DNA from: an uncultured bacterium
GTDB taxonomy: Bacteria; Patescibacteriota; Dojkabacteria; SC72
DNA length: 64,000 bases
Assembly: GCA_903840015.1 (NCBI GenBank)
Contig: CAIMEL010000024.1
Span: 1,057 to 65,056 of the forward strand
Reading direction: 5' to 3'
Shown piece after piece: positions 1 to 10,439 of the stretch. Made by a program: the position numbers and the translations under genes. Under the pieces are notes generated by a model, which did no database searches, was not told where the DNA came from, and was given only the letters and a program-made list of their open reading frames with translations. The stretch's first letter is position 1. Each line of letters starts with the position of its first letter.

Positions 1-1520
1 GTGCCCCAGATAATTATGAAAACAAGTCACTTCTTCTTAGGGTTGGAGATAATATTAAGCTGTCTGACTTAGCATCACAGTTAATCTCCATGCGATATAC
101 AAGAGATACATACGATTTTACAGCAGGGGTATTTAGAATATCAGGAGATATTGTAGAGATTTTTCCACCATATGAAGAATCTTCATTCAGAATCGAAATG
201 TGGGGTAACAGCATAGAAAATATCACTAAGGTACACCCCCTTACCAAACAAAGCATTTCAAAACAGAATGAAGTCATAATCTTCCCTGCAACTTCATTAG
301 TATATTCCAAAGATATAATAGAGGGTGCTGTTGAGAGAATTCAACACGATCTTGATAGTCGAGTAAGTTTTCTAAAAAATATTGGTAAGGAAATGGAGGC
401 ATACAGGTTACAACAAAAAACAAACTATGATATAGAGATGCTGAGAGAAGTTGGATATTGTAAAAGTATGGAAAACTACTCAATATATTTTGATGGTAGA
501 AAACCTGGTGAACCTCCATATACCCTACTCGACTACTTTCCGAAGGATTATTTACTCTTTGTAGATGAGTCACATATTACAATACCCCAAGTTGGGGGAA
601 TGTATAACGGGGACAAGGTAAGAAAAGATAATTTGATTGAATACGGATTCCGATTGCCAACTGCAAGAGATAACAGACCTTTGAAATTCGAAGAATTTAG
701 GAAAAAGCAGGGAACTACAATATATCTCTCGGCAACACCATCTGAATGGGAATTGCAAGACAGCAATATGAATATAGTTGAGCTATTAACAAGACCAACA
801 GGACTCTTAGATCCAGTTCTAACAGTACGCCCAACACAAAACCAAATAGATGATGTAATTAAGGAAATTAGAATCAATACAGAAAAAGGACAGAGGGTTT
901 TGGTTACAACCTTAACAAAAAAGATGGCAGAGGATCTCACCTCATATCTTAAAGAAATTGATATTAAAGTACAGTACCTTCATTCTGATATAGATACAGT
1001 AGAGAGAGTCGATATTCTAAGAGATTTAAGACTCGGAGAATATGATGTCCTAGTAGGAATAAATCTTCTAAGGGAGGGAATTGATTTACCAGAGGTGTCT
1101 CTTGTAATAATTCTTGATGCTGACAAAGAAGGTTTCTTAAGGTCAAAAACAAGCCTTGTTCAAACAATTGGAAGAGCAGCAAGACATGTCGAGGGAAGAG
1201 TAATCATGTATGCAGATAAAATTACGGAAAGTATGCAATACGCAATTGATGAAACCAAACGAAGAAGAGAATATCAAGAACAATACAATTTAGAAAACAA
1301 TATTGTTCCAACAAGTATCAAAAAGGATATTCGAGAAAGATTGGTCGAAGAGGATAACAAAGAAGAAACAGAACTGGAGATTGAAAAATTAGATATTAAA
1401 CAGAAGAAACTTTTGATAAAAGAGCTAGAAAAAGATATGCTCCTAGAGGCAGATCTGCTACATTTTGAAAAAGCTGCAGAAATAAGAGATCAAATTAAAG
1501 ATATACAAAGCTCATTATGA
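1..1520 (+). CDS. uvrB: Excinuclease ABC subunit B, 5'-truncated by the window edge; the reading frame is open from position 3
   Basis: Helicase motifs DESHITIPQ, GREGIDLPEVSLVIILDADKEGFLRS and GRAARH, and a C-terminal UVR domain (LLEADLLHFEKAAEIRDQIKDI). The frame runs upstream of the first Met to the window start. Confidence 0.9.
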   Translation, partial: APDNYENKSLLLRVGDNIKLSDLASQLISMRYTRDTYDFTAGVFRISGDIVEIFPPYEESSFRIEMWGNSIENITKVHPLTKQSISKQNEVIIFPATSLVYSKDIIEGAVERIQHDLDSRVSFLKNIGKEMEAYRLQQKTNYDIEMLREVGYCKSMENYSIYFDGRKPGEPPYTLLDYFPKDYLLFVDESHITIPQVGGMYNGDKVRKDNLIEYGFRLPTARDNRPLKFEEFRKKQGTTIYLSATPSEWELQDSNMNIVELLTRPTGLLDPVLTVRPTQNQIDDVIKEIRINTEKGQRVLVTTLTKKMAEDLTSYLKEIDIKVQYLHSDIDTVERVDILRDLRLGEYDVLVGINLLREGIDLPEVSLVIILDADKEGFLRSKTSLVQTIGRAARHVEGRVIMYADKITESMQYAIDETKRRREYQEQYNLENNIVPTSIKKDIRERLVEEDNKEETELEIEKLDIKQKKLLIKELEKDMLLEADLLHFEKAAEIRDQIKDIQSSL

Positions 1521-2269
1521 GAATAAAATACTTAGAAAACAAAATAGATCCTAGAGTTCAGAATTTTAATCAATTAATTCAAGAAAAATTTCCGAAATTG
1601 TTAAGAGAGAAAAATCCAGAACTATTCCTAGTCGCAGGAGGAGATGGTGCTATGCTTCATGCAATTCATCAGAATATTAACGAAGGGATACCTTTCCTTG
1701 GCAAAGCTATGGGTACATTAAATTTCTTGATGAACCAATTTGAAAATGATACTGAAACTATACAAAAGCTACTCAACGACAAACAGGAAATCTCTTGCTT
1801 TTCCTCGAATGCAATTGAAGTATCAATGAACGGGAAGAAGCTTGGAGAAGCAGTAAATGATGTCATCCTTGGAGATAAATTAACCAACTATTTCTCATAT
1901 ACCATATCAACAGAATTAGGTGATTTTGATAACTTTGAAATAAAAGGTTCCGGTATCTGTATTAGTACAGTAATTGGTTCAACAGCATTTAACTACAACA
2001 ACAATGGTCAAATACTACCTTTAAACTCCGGTCTACTATCGATAACAGGTGTTGTTTCCAACAGATATTTGAACGATATTATCCCTATACAAGAAATAAC
2101 AATCCAATGTAGTGGCGGTAACATTTACCTTTCCAATATTAACTCCGCTAAATTCAAAAAAGATGATATATTAACTCTAAGAAAAGGATCTGAAATTCAA
2201 TTAGCTTTTTTGGATAAGGGAGAATTTCTAAAGAGAAGAATAGACATTGCAAATAGGTATAGAAAATAA
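1517..2269 (+). CDS. nadK: NAD(+) kinase
   Basis: GGDGAMLHA (GGDG motif), NDVIL, and a C-terminal beta-sandwich region typical of ATP-NAD kinases. ATGA start/stop overlap with uvrB. Confidence 0.7.
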   Translation: MRIKYLENKIDPRVQNFNQLIQEKFPKLLREKNPELFLVAGGDGAMLHAIHQNINEGIPFLGKAMGTLNFLMNQFENDTETIQKLLNDKQEISCFSSNAIEVSMNGKKLGEAVNDVILGDKLTNYFSYTISTELGDFDNFEIKGSGICISTVIGSTAFNYNNNGQILPLNSGLLSITGVVSNRYLNDIIPIQEITIQCSGGNIYLSNINSAKFKKDDILTLRKGSEIQLAFLDKGEFLKRRIDIANRYRK

Positions 2270-2286
2270 ATTGTTAAGAAATAGCT

Positions 2287-2562
2287 ATGCATAGAGGAGA
2301 ATTACATCTTAACGGGGAGGAGTTGACCTCTCTTGTTAGCAATATAAGGTTTGATAACAACCCATTCCTTGGAGAAAAATTCCATAGTGCTGTAGAAAAT
2401 ATTCAGTTAGAATCAAATCAAATTTTTGTATCAGAGGAAGAACTAGAGTACTTGCTAGACGAAATCGGTGGAAGATCGGAAGAGGATCTAGTGTTACTTA
2501 GAAAAAAGCTATCTGAAACACTGATAAAGATAAGAGGCCAAATGGAAAGTTGCGGGACATAG
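2287..2562 (+). CDS. hypothetical acidic protein (91 aa); its 3' end overlaps tRNA-Gln on the opposite strand
   Basis: ORF only; no recognisable motif. Confidence 0.3.
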   Translation: MHRGELHLNGEELTSLVSNIRFDNNPFLGEKFHSAVENIQLESNQIFVSEEELEYLLDEIGGRSEEDLVLLRKKLSETLIKIRGQMESCGT

Positions 2563-2620
2563 ACTCGAACTATGATTCACGGCTTCAAAGGCCGGTGTCC
2601 TACCATTAGACGATCCCGCA
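2550..2620 (-). tRNA. tRNA-Gln (anticodon UUG)
   Basis: Reverse complement reads TGCGGGA-TC-GTCT..GGAC-A-CCGGC CTTTGAA GCCGT..CATAG TTCGAGT CTATG-TCCCGCA-A. U1-A72 pair typical of bacterial tRNA-Gln, TTCGAGT T-loop, anticodon TTG. Confidence 0.75.
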
Positions 2621-2688
2621 TTAAAACTTAAGAATTATACTATACATGTATAATAAATAGGAAGAATAATATATATTAGACCAAACTA

Positions 2689-3777
2689 ATGCCATTCTTC
2701 AATAAAAAGAAAACAGTACGAACATCACGTATAATAATGCCCTTGAAGAAACAAAACTATATACCCAAAAGAAGTAAGAAAGGTATACAGTTTTTTAAGA
2801 AAAAAGAGCACCACGGAAATAGACAACAAAAATCCCTGTCTCCGGTTTTCAAAATTTTATTCCTATTCCTAATATTTGGCGCAATCATATATGCAGCAGT
2901 ACTAATCGTTGAAAAGATGAGAAATAACGATCCCCTTGCAAACTACGAAACCCAATATGTTATTGGACTTAACAATATCCCAACCTATCCTTTCTCACAA
3001 TTCATCTTCCAGAAAACACTCGAGGAACCATCTGTTGCCAACTTTATTAGCAATGGGAACTCTGCTTACCGATTACCGTTAAACAAAACCGTTGACGATG
3101 CTTACCTGTTCTACTCAGAAGAATTACCTCTCTTAAATTGGCAACATGTGCTCTCTGTTCCTGTTGGGTCCGAAGAAATGAAATCAGGGGAATACTGGGT
3201 AAAAGACAATGAGGCACTAAGAATATATTCCAAATTTAACGATATTTGGTATGAGATGATTACCGTCGAGGAGGCTTACAACGGCCTCAGCGAAAGAGTA
3301 AAGAAAGAGGTAGAAAGAGATCTGCTCTTGGCGAACAAGGAACTGCAGGATCTACTTCCAGACTTCCCGTGGATTCTCAAAATACCAAAGGAATATGTGA
3401 TTTCATACAGATCTGCAAATTACAAAGACAATCGTACAGTAGAATTAAAGAAACTAGGCTCTGAAGAGAAAATAACTCTCACACCAATAACAGCCAACAA
3501 TGGAAGCCCTTTAGATACATATTTGGATAACTATATAAAACTTCTGAATAAAGATTCCAAACAAAATTGGGGAATAACAAAAACGGTTCTAACCTATACT
3601 GAATATGGTAGAGCACTGAAAGGTGACATAAATTCCGGTGAAGAAAGACACGAGGTTGCCGTCCTAATAAACCCAAAAGACAACTTAGTGTACGTACTAG
3701 ATTGCAACATCACGGGGAATCCGTTTTTTGAATTTGTTTTAGCCAATTTAAAACCACAAGACTCATTCAAGTATTAA
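2689..3777 (+). CDS. hypothetical membrane-anchored protein (basic N-terminus, one TM helix, large extracytoplasmic domain)
   Basis: KKKT-rich N-terminus, then hydrophobic ILFLFLIFGAIIYAAVLIV. No catalytic motifs recognised. Confidence 0.45.
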   Translation: MPFFNKKKTVRTSRIIMPLKKQNYIPKRSKKGIQFFKKKEHHGNRQQKSLSPVFKILFLFLIFGAIIYAAVLIVEKMRNNDPLANYETQYVIGLNNIPTYPFSQFIFQKTLEEPSVANFISNGNSAYRLPLNKTVDDAYLFYSEELPLLNWQHVLSVPVGSEEMKSGEYWVKDNEALRIYSKFNDIWYEMITVEEAYNGLSERVKKEVERDLLLANKELQDLLPDFPWILKIPKEYVISYRSANYKDNRTVELKKLGSEEKITLTPITANNGSPLDTYLDNYIKLLNKDSKQNWGITKTVLTYTEYGRALKGDINSGEERHEVAVLINPKDNLVYVLDCNITGNPFFEFVLANLKPQDSFKY

Positions 3778-5227
3778 GGGCTTCTTTCAAATCAATTGAT
3801 ATCTTGCGATTTTTTACTACAGTATTAATATCATCGACAGATGCTTTCTTTAGACCCTCAATATCTTTGAATGTTTTAATAAGTTCTTTACGACGGACAG
3901 AACCAATACCCGGAACTTTCTCTAGTTGCGAATTGATCATTGATCTAGAACGAGCTTTTCGATGATGCAAAATTGCAAATCTATGAGCTTCATCACGAAG
4001 TTCAATCAAAATCTGATTGTTTTCTATCTTTGCTTCAAGAATTGAATTATCCTTTACAAGCCAAAACTCATCCACTAACCTACCACCCTTTCTCTTAAAT
4101 CGTTTACCCTTAGAAATACCAAGCAATGAAATCCCTTTTGGGATACTACTCTTCAATGTTGATAGCTGAGTTTTCCCTCCATCTACAAGCAGTAACTCTG
4201 GCAGACTAGCATATTTTTTCAAATTTTCTTTTGCAAACCTTCTCTGAAAAACCTCAGCAAGCATTTCAGGATCATTTGGTGTTTGTAGTTTCTTAATTTT
4301 GAAAATTCTATATTCCGAAGAAAGTATCTCTCCATCTACAGCAACGACCATGGAACCGTATGCATGTTGTCCTTGAATATTTGAGATATCGTAACATTCT
4401 ATTCGATTTAGTTTTGTAAGACCTAATTCTATTTTAAGTAATTCAAATTTGCTTTTTAACAAAGCTTTTCGCCTAGAGGCATAACTTTCTTCTGTATCTT
4501 CCCTTTCAAAATCAATCTTTTCCGAGAGATACTTCATATCCGTAATTCTATCTCTCAAAAGAGCAGCCTTTTCATACTGCTTAGATTTGGAATACATTCG
4601 CATATCCTTTTCTAATTTAGAGATATGGCCCATTTTCTTACCTTGAAGAAATTTAATTATCTCATTTATATTTCTTCTGTATTCTGCCTTTGATATATGG
4701 CCCTGGTATGGACCGGGACAAAGTCCAAGGTGGAAATAAAGACACTCCCTGTTTTGTTTCTTGGTACAGGTACAAAAAGGATACATTTTTCGTAGATAGG
4801 AAAACATTCTCTTGATTGTATATCCACTTGGGTATGGTCCAAATAATCTACCTCGAGCTACCTCTCCATTCGTTATTTTCTTTACAATTTTAACAGTTGG
4901 GAAGACCTCTTTAGTAGATATATATATCCAAGAATACGATTTATCATCTTTTAGGTCCGTATTATATTTAGGCTGATACTTTTTGATTAAGAGAGACTCC
5001 AAAACTAGAGATTCAATCTCGTTATTCGTTTCTTGAATCTCCACATTATTAATGAATGGCAACATTAAACGAATCCTCGGTCTGTCGTACAAATCGTTTA
5101 GGAAGTATGACTTTACCCTACTGCGGAGATTTATTGCTTTCCCAACATAGAGTATGACACCATCCTTATCTAAGAATTTATAGATACCTGGCTTTTCTGG
5201 GAGTAATTCTAATTTGTCTAATTTCAT
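3767..5227 (-). CDS. uvrC: Excinuclease ABC subunit C (short, 486 aa)
   Basis: N-terminal GIY-YIG (KPGIYKFLDKDGVILYVGKAINLRSRVKSYF), UvrB-interaction region, C-terminal HhH (IGSVRRKELIKTFKDIEGLKKASVDDI). Confidence 0.85.
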   Translation of the reverse strand: MKLDKLELLPEKPGIYKFLDKDGVILYVGKAINLRSRVKSYFLNDLYDRPRIRLMLPFINNVEIQETNNEIESLVLESLLIKKYQPKYNTDLKDDKSYSWIYISTKEVFPTVKIVKKITNGEVARGRLFGPYPSGYTIKRMFSYLRKMYPFCTCTKKQNRECLYFHLGLCPGPYQGHISKAEYRRNINEIIKFLQGKKMGHISKLEKDMRMYSKSKQYEKAALLRDRITDMKYLSEKIDFEREDTEESYASRRKALLKSKFELLKIELGLTKLNRIECYDISNIQGQHAYGSMVVAVDGEILSSEYRIFKIKKLQTPNDPEMLAEVFQRRFAKENLKKYASLPELLLVDGGKTQLSTLKSSIPKGISLLGISKGKRFKRKGGRLVDEFWLVKDNSILEAKIENNQILIELRDEAHRFAILHHRKARSRSMINSQLEKVPGIGSVRRKELIKTFKDIEGLKKASVDDINTVVKNRKISIDLKEALNT

Positions 5228-5238
5228 ACCCTATTATA

Positions 5239-8200
5239 TCAGGCGGGAAAGCGTCTCATCCATTTTTGACACTCTTCATCATTCATAATTTTCTTGTTCA
5301 AAACCACCTTCTTACTTTCAATTCCATCGTTCACAATTATTCTGACAGTGGTATCTCCTTGAGAGTTTTCGATAAAGGCTTTAAGTTCAGCTATTTCTTC
5401 CTCCCCGTGCATAGCTGTAATTTTGAATGTTACACCCTCGAATTTTGATGTGTGTTTTGTTTCGTCAATATATTTTGCTTTCTCCACAACAACACTTTTC
5501 TCACCATCTCGAACATTTAATCTCCCTGCTATTAAAATTGGCTTGTTTGCTTCCAAAGAGTCTTTAAGTTCTTGGTATACCCTTGGGAAAATTATTGCAT
5601 CGGTAGTTGCAGTTTTGTCTTCAATTGTTAAGAAAGCCATAACATCACCTTTTTTTGTTGTAATTTTTCTAATCTTTGAAACCATAACTCCGAGGATGAC
5701 TACTGCATTGTTCTTTTTGTTTTCTAATACATCAGCCAGAGGTGTAACATTTCTACTTTCAAAAAATTCTTGAAGATTATCCAGGGGATGACTTGAAAAA
5801 TACATACCAAGGAGTTCTTTCTCCCATTGTAATATCTTTCCCGTATCAACCTTGTCTTTTAGAGGCAATGGTGTCTCATCAACTGTTTGAGTAGAGTGTC
5901 CACCATCCATAGAGAATATATCTATCTGTCCGATTTCTTGGCTTTTTCTTCTGGCTTTTTCCTTTTCATATACCTCTGGAAACACCTCTATCAAAGCCTC
6001 TCTTTCACCAAAAGAATCCATAGTACCAGACATAATTAGATATTCTATTCCTTTCTTACTTACAGACTCGAATACTCGGTGAACGAAATCATCTAGGTGG
6101 GCATATACTCCATTCTCATCTCTTTCTTCAACAATTCTTTGGACTAAATCATCTCCAACATTTTTAATTCCTCCCAAACCGAATCGAATGCTCCTATCAC
6201 CTTCGGTAGTAAAGTAATATCGACTTTGATTAATATCTGGAGGTAGAACATCTATACCTAATCTTTCACACTCCTTCAAATCTATTATCACCCTATCAAA
6301 TTTTTCTAAATCTCCCTCTAAGAGAGCAGCCATAAATTCGAGTGGGTAATATGCTTTGAGATATGCAGTCCAGTATGCAATCGTTGCATAGGAAGCACTG
6401 TGGGCTTTGTTAAAACCGTAGTTAGCGAATTGAAGTAACTTGTCCCAGAGTTTTTCGACTTTCTCTCCCTCAAAGCCTCTACTTTTTGCACCTTCCACAA
6501 ACACAGGCTTTTCAGCTTCCATTACCTCTACCTTCTTTTTACCCATAGCTCTTCTTAGAATGTCTGCTTTACCTAGTGAGTATCCAGCAATAATCTGTGC
6601 AATTTTCATAACTTGCTCCTGATATGTGATGACTCCTTTTGTGATTGAGAGCACTGGTTCTAGTTCAGGGAAGATATAGTCAGGGTCCTGCTTACCTTCT
6701 TTAACAGCAACGTATTCAGAGATGTACTGCATTGGGCCTGGTCTGTAGGCGGAGAGGATATAGCAGATGTCCTCCTGAGATTCTGGTTTCAATGCTCTGA
6801 TGGTTCTCTTCATTCCCTCACTTTCAAGTTGAAAGAGACCAACTGTATGACCAGAGCGAAGCAATTCGAAAGCTTTAGCATCTTTTGGATCTATATCTCG
6901 CAAAACTATTTTTTCACCTCTCTGTTTTTCTATCTTCTTTAATGCAGCTCCAATTATATTAAGATTTCTAAGACCCAAGAAATCATATTTCATCAATCCT
7001 AAGGGCTCTATATCAAACATCTCGTACTGGGTCATACCCATACCACCTCCATGTGAGTCTCGTTGTATTGGACAATATTCAACGACAGGTTCTGGGGTTA
7101 TCAAAATACCACAGGCATGCGTAGATACTCCTCTACAAAGGCCCGAAACTTTTCTAACTATGTTCGCAAGTTCTTTAGTTTTCTCAGAAGAGTTAATTAT
7201 TTCAGCAAATTCTGGATTATGCTCTATCATATAGTCAATTGGCTTTGATTTGCCGAAAACTATCTCAACCATCTTTGACAAAGAATCTGCTGTTTGTAGA
7301 TCTACCCCTATTACCCTGGCGACATCACGGATAGCCTGACGAGTTTGTAATTTACTGAATGTACCAATCTGTTTAACATTCTCCGCACCATACTTCTTTA
7401 TGGTATATTCAATCACTTCACCTCTTCGTTTATCTGCAATATCAATATCAAAATCAGGAGGACTTGGTCTTTCTGGATTGAGGAAACGCTCAAAGTAAAG
7501 TTCCCACGACACTGGCTCTATATCCGTAATATCACAAGAGTATGCTACTACAGAACCACAACCAGAACCTCTCATACCGACTACAATGTCATTGTTTCTA
7601 CAGAATGCTATGAAATCACGCACGACTAAGAAATAGTCATCGTAGCCTTTACTATGGATAATTTCTAATTCATATTCAATTCTAGATTCCAATTCTTTTG
7701 TGATATCTCCATACTTCTTCTTAGCTCCTTCATATGTTATTTCTTTCAGATATGACTTAGCTGTCATTCCTTTCGGAAGATCTAAGTATGGAGTTTCGAC
7801 TCTTTGGAAGGTAATATCGAAAACTTCAATTTCATCTGCGATCTTCGCTGTGTTAGCTATAGCTTCGGGAATATCTTTAAATAGTAGCTCCATCTCTTCG
7901 GGAGTTTTTACATAGAATTCATTTGTAGGCATTCGCCTTCTTTTTGGGTCCTCCATTGTATATCCATCACTGATACACCAAAGGATCTCCTGAATTTGAG
8001 CATCTTCCTTGTTAAGATAGTGAGCGTCACAGGTTGCCACCAATGGTAGATTTAATTCCTTTGCTATCCTAATCAATTCAACATTAGTAGTATCCTGTTC
8101 TTCCATACCGTTTTTCTGTATTTCGATATAGAAGTTGTCTTTAAAAAGCCTTGCATATCTCCCAGCATTCTCCTTGGCTAATTTGACATTATTTTGCATT

Positions 8201-8634
8201 ATCGGTCGTGCAACAGGACCTGCCAAACAGGCAGAAAGAGCTATTAGACCATCTGAATATTTTGACAGTGTTTCAAAATCTATCCTGGGTCTGTAGTAAA
8301 AACCATCCATATTCGACACTGAAACTATCTTCATTAAATTCTTGTAACCTTGATAGTTCTTAGCTAAAACGACCAAATGGAAATAGTTATTATCTATACC
8401 GTACTCCTTCTCCTGCATACTACGCGGAGCTATATATATCTCACAGCCAATAATGGGTTTGAGACCGGCGCTCTTCATCGCATCTTGAAATTTGAAAATA
8501 CCGTACATATTACCGTGATCTGTCACCGCACAAGCATTCATCCCACTGGATTGAAGTTTTCCGACTAAATCTGAAATTCTAATTGTAGCATCGAGTAACG
8601 AATACTCTGTGTGCAAGTGTAGATGAGTGAACAT
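5239..8634 (-). CDS. dnaE: DNA polymerase III alpha subunit
   Basis: PHP domain MFTHLHLHTEYSLLDA, polymerase core (GLLKMDFLGLRNL-like DFLGLRNLNII), OB-fold tail; 1131 aa. Confidence 0.95.
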   Translation of the reverse strand: MFTHLHLHTEYSLLDATIRISDLVGKLQSSGMNACAVTDHGNMYGIFKFQDAMKSAGLKPIIGCEIYIAPRSMQEKEYGIDNNYFHLVVLAKNYQGYKNLMKIVSVSNMDGFYYRPRIDFETLSKYSDGLIALSACLAGPVARPIMQNNVKLAKENAGRYARLFKDNFYIEIQKNGMEEQDTTNVELIRIAKELNLPLVATCDAHYLNKEDAQIQEILWCISDGYTMEDPKRRRMPTNEFYVKTPEEMELLFKDIPEAIANTAKIADEIEVFDITFQRVETPYLDLPKGMTAKSYLKEITYEGAKKKYGDITKELESRIEYELEIIHSKGYDDYFLVVRDFIAFCRNNDIVVGMRGSGCGSVVAYSCDITDIEPVSWELYFERFLNPERPSPPDFDIDIADKRRGEVIEYTIKKYGAENVKQIGTFSKLQTRQAIRDVARVIGVDLQTADSLSKMVEIVFGKSKPIDYMIEHNPEFAEIINSSEKTKELANIVRKVSGLCRGVSTHACGILITPEPVVEYCPIQRDSHGGGMGMTQYEMFDIEPLGLMKYDFLGLRNLNIIGAALKKIEKQRGEKIVLRDIDPKDAKAFELLRSGHTVGLFQLESEGMKRTIRALKPESQEDICYILSAYRPGPMQYISEYVAVKEGKQDPDYIFPELEPVLSITKGVITYQEQVMKIAQIIAGYSLGKADILRRAMGKKKVEVMEAEKPVFVEGAKSRGFEGEKVEKLWDKLLQFANYGFNKAHSASYATIAYWTAYLKAYYPLEFMAALLEGDLEKFDRVIIDLKECERLGIDVLPPDINQSRYYFTTEGDRSIRFGLGGIKNVGDDLVQRIVEERDENGVYAHLDDFVHRVFESVSKKGIEYLIMSGTMDSFGEREALIEVFPEVYEKEKARRKSQEIGQIDIFSMDGGHSTQTVDETPLPLKDKVDTGKILQWEKELLGMYFSSHPLDNLQEFFESRNVTPLADVLENKKNNAVVILGVMVSKIRKITTKKGDVMAFLTIEDKTATTDAIIFPRVYQELKDSLEANKPILIAGRLNVRDGEKSVVVEKAKYIDETKHTSKFEGVTFKITAMHGEEEIAELKAFIENSQGDTTVRIIVNDGIESKKVVLNKKIMNDEECQKWMRRFPA

Positions 8635-8670
8635 AACAAATATTGCCCCAATTTGATATACTAAATTATT

Positions 8671-9390
8671 ATGACAGAGCCAGTATCTCAGAACAAAAAC
8701 ATATCTCTGAAAGAGAAGATAGGTAGCTCTAATATTCTTAGAATTGTAGCATTTCTCTTACTTCTTGTATCTTACTATCTTACAATCTCTCCAAATATTG
8801 AGAAATATCTCTCAGAGAAGATATCTTCTGTTGCAAGGAATTCAAGCGAGGTGAATATCAATGTACTTTCACCGGTATTCGATATACATGTATATGCAGG
8901 AGAGTACAATCTCGAATCAAATCTTCAATCTAACAACAGTATTAGCAGAACAAAATTCTTTACTCTGGATCCTAGAATTCTTGCAATGAGCAAGTTTCTA
9001 ACAGACTATCACTCTCCAATGGCGAAATATGCAAATGTCTTCGTGGAAGAAGCAGACAAACATGGATTAGACTGGCGTTTAGTGGCATCCATATCTGGTG
9101 TAGAATCCGCTTTTGGGAATCTAATCCCAAGGGACTCAAACAATGCATGGGGTTGGAGAGGTATCAATGGAAATGAAAGAGGATGGAGTATGTTTGCAAC
9201 TTGGGAAGATGCAATTGTACATATTACTGAAAGATTGGCTCAGGGTTACGGTACTGATTTGACACCATTTGATATCGAAGCCACATACTGTCCTCCATGT
9301 GGAAGAAATCCTGAACATTTATGGGCAAATGGTGTTAATCGGTTCATGATTCAGTTACAATATTACGTAGATAATTTAGAAAATTTGTAG
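8671..9390 (+). CDS. membrane-anchored glucosaminidase-like protein (putative peptidoglycan hydrolase)
   Basis: N-terminal TM helix. LVASISGVESAFGNLIPRDSNNAWGWRG resembles the glucosaminidase/FlgJ-C family core (ESgwG...NNlFG). Confidence 0.45.
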   Translation: MTEPVSQNKNISLKEKIGSSNILRIVAFLLLLVSYYLTISPNIEKYLSEKISSVARNSSEVNINVLSPVFDIHVYAGEYNLESNLQSNNSISRTKFFTLDPRILAMSKFLTDYHSPMAKYANVFVEEADKHGLDWRLVASISGVESAFGNLIPRDSNNAWGWRGINGNERGWSMFATWEDAIVHITERLAQGYGTDLTPFDIEATYCPPCGRNPEHLWANGVNRFMIQLQYYVDNLENL

Positions 9391-9392
9391 AA

Positions 9393-9680
9393 ATGCTTAA
9401 GTTATTAATAAGATTGGCATATTTTGCTGCTATTTCCATAGAGGGGCTCATAATCTTAAGAATTGTTTTAACAATAATTAAAGCAAACTTGGAGAATTTA
9501 TTCGCAAGTTGGGTTATACATATAAGTAGTATGTTTGTGGAACCATTTGAAGGAATTGTTTCATCATCTTTGCGCATTAATGGTATGGAGATATCTCTCA
9601 CTGCATTTGTTGCACTTCTTTTTTACATAGTAGCTGCATTTGTACTTTCAGAATTACTAAAGTCCTTTGCTAGGGAATAA
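9393..9680 (+). CDS. small two-TM membrane protein, YggT-like
   Basis: 95 aa with two hydrophobic helices; size and topology like the YggT family. Confidence 0.3.
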   Translation: MLKLLIRLAYFAAISIEGLIILRIVLTIIKANLENLFASWVIHISSMFVEPFEGIVSSSLRINGMEISLTAFVALLFYIVAAFVLSELLKSFARE

Positions 9681-9704
9681 GGATTGATGTGATATAATAG
9701 CGAT

Positions 9705-10439
9705 ATGGCAAAAATAGACTTGAAACCAGTCTCTGGTCTTCCGATATCATACGAAAACGACCAGATTGTAACAAAAGATATGTCTTTCAAAGAGAAGAAA
9801 GTTGTAACTATCGATACTATTCGCCCACAGTTACTCAATAAAGAACTAGATTGCCCAGACATCTTCTATATCAAATACAAAATGCTTGATCAAAATGATA
9901 TATACCGAGAGAAGGGAGTACGCATTAATGTATATACTATGAAACCAAACCTAGCAGGTATTGAATTTGTGAAGACCAAAGTAACCAGATCCCGAAATTA
10001 TACGAGAATAATAGAAATTCTTTACGGTGGAGCAATAGTATTACTTCAAAGATACAGAACACCTAAAGACAACAAGATATACAAGCTTGTTGCTAAAAAA
10101 GGGCAAAAAATAATAGTACCTTCTGGGTATGATTTGGTTATTGTGAATACTCGTCAAAATTCAACCTTAATTTTTGCTGAATTCTCATGTACCAAAGCTA
10201 TTTCAAGAGTTGTGCTTGATGACAATAGCGGTATGGCATATTATGTTATTAGGAAGAATGCAAAACAGGAGGTTGTTAGGAATCCAAATTACAAGATTGT
10301 TAATGAACCTGACAAGATAGATATGGAGAAACTCATTCAATCACTTGGTATGACACCAAAGACCCCTGTAATAAAACAAATAATAAGAAAATATGAGAGG
10401 TTTGATTGGTTATTTAAAGAAAATACTGTTTCTTTCTAG
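9705..10439 (+). CDS. hypothetical protein with a possible cupin-like beta-barrel
   Basis: The beta-strand-rich stretch GIEFVKTKVTRSRNYTRIIEILYGGAIVLLQRY...KGQKIIVPSGYDLVIVN has cupin topology but lacks the usual His metal ligands. It overlaps the next gene by 47 nt. Confidence 0.3.
   Translation: MAKIDLKPVSGLPISYENDQIVTKDMSFKEKKVVTIDTIRPQLLNKELDCPDIFYIKYKMLDQNDIYREKGVRINVYTMKPNLAGIEFVKTKVTRSRNYTRIIEILYGGAIVLLQRYRTPKDNKIYKLVAKKGQKIIVPSGYDLVIVNTRQNSTLIFAEFSCTKAISRVVLDDNSGMAYYVIRKNAKQEVVRNPNYKIVNEPDKIDMEKLIQSLGMTPKTPVIKQIIRKYERFDWLFKENTVSF

Noticed and set aside
1518-1520. Possible UGA recoding (genetic code 25), as in some CPR lineages
   Set aside because: TGA terminates uvrB exactly where the protein family ends and overlaps the next start (ATGA). 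Other genes also end in TGA at expected positions, so the standard bacterial code applies.
5266-8568. Multiple 60-130 aa ORFs on the plus strand inside dnaE (and similar antisense ORFs inside uvrB, gpmI, ftsW, ftsA and ftsZ)
   Set aside because: They are antisense to long, well-supported housekeeping genes and have no motifs. Chance ORFs of this length are common in an AT-rich genome.
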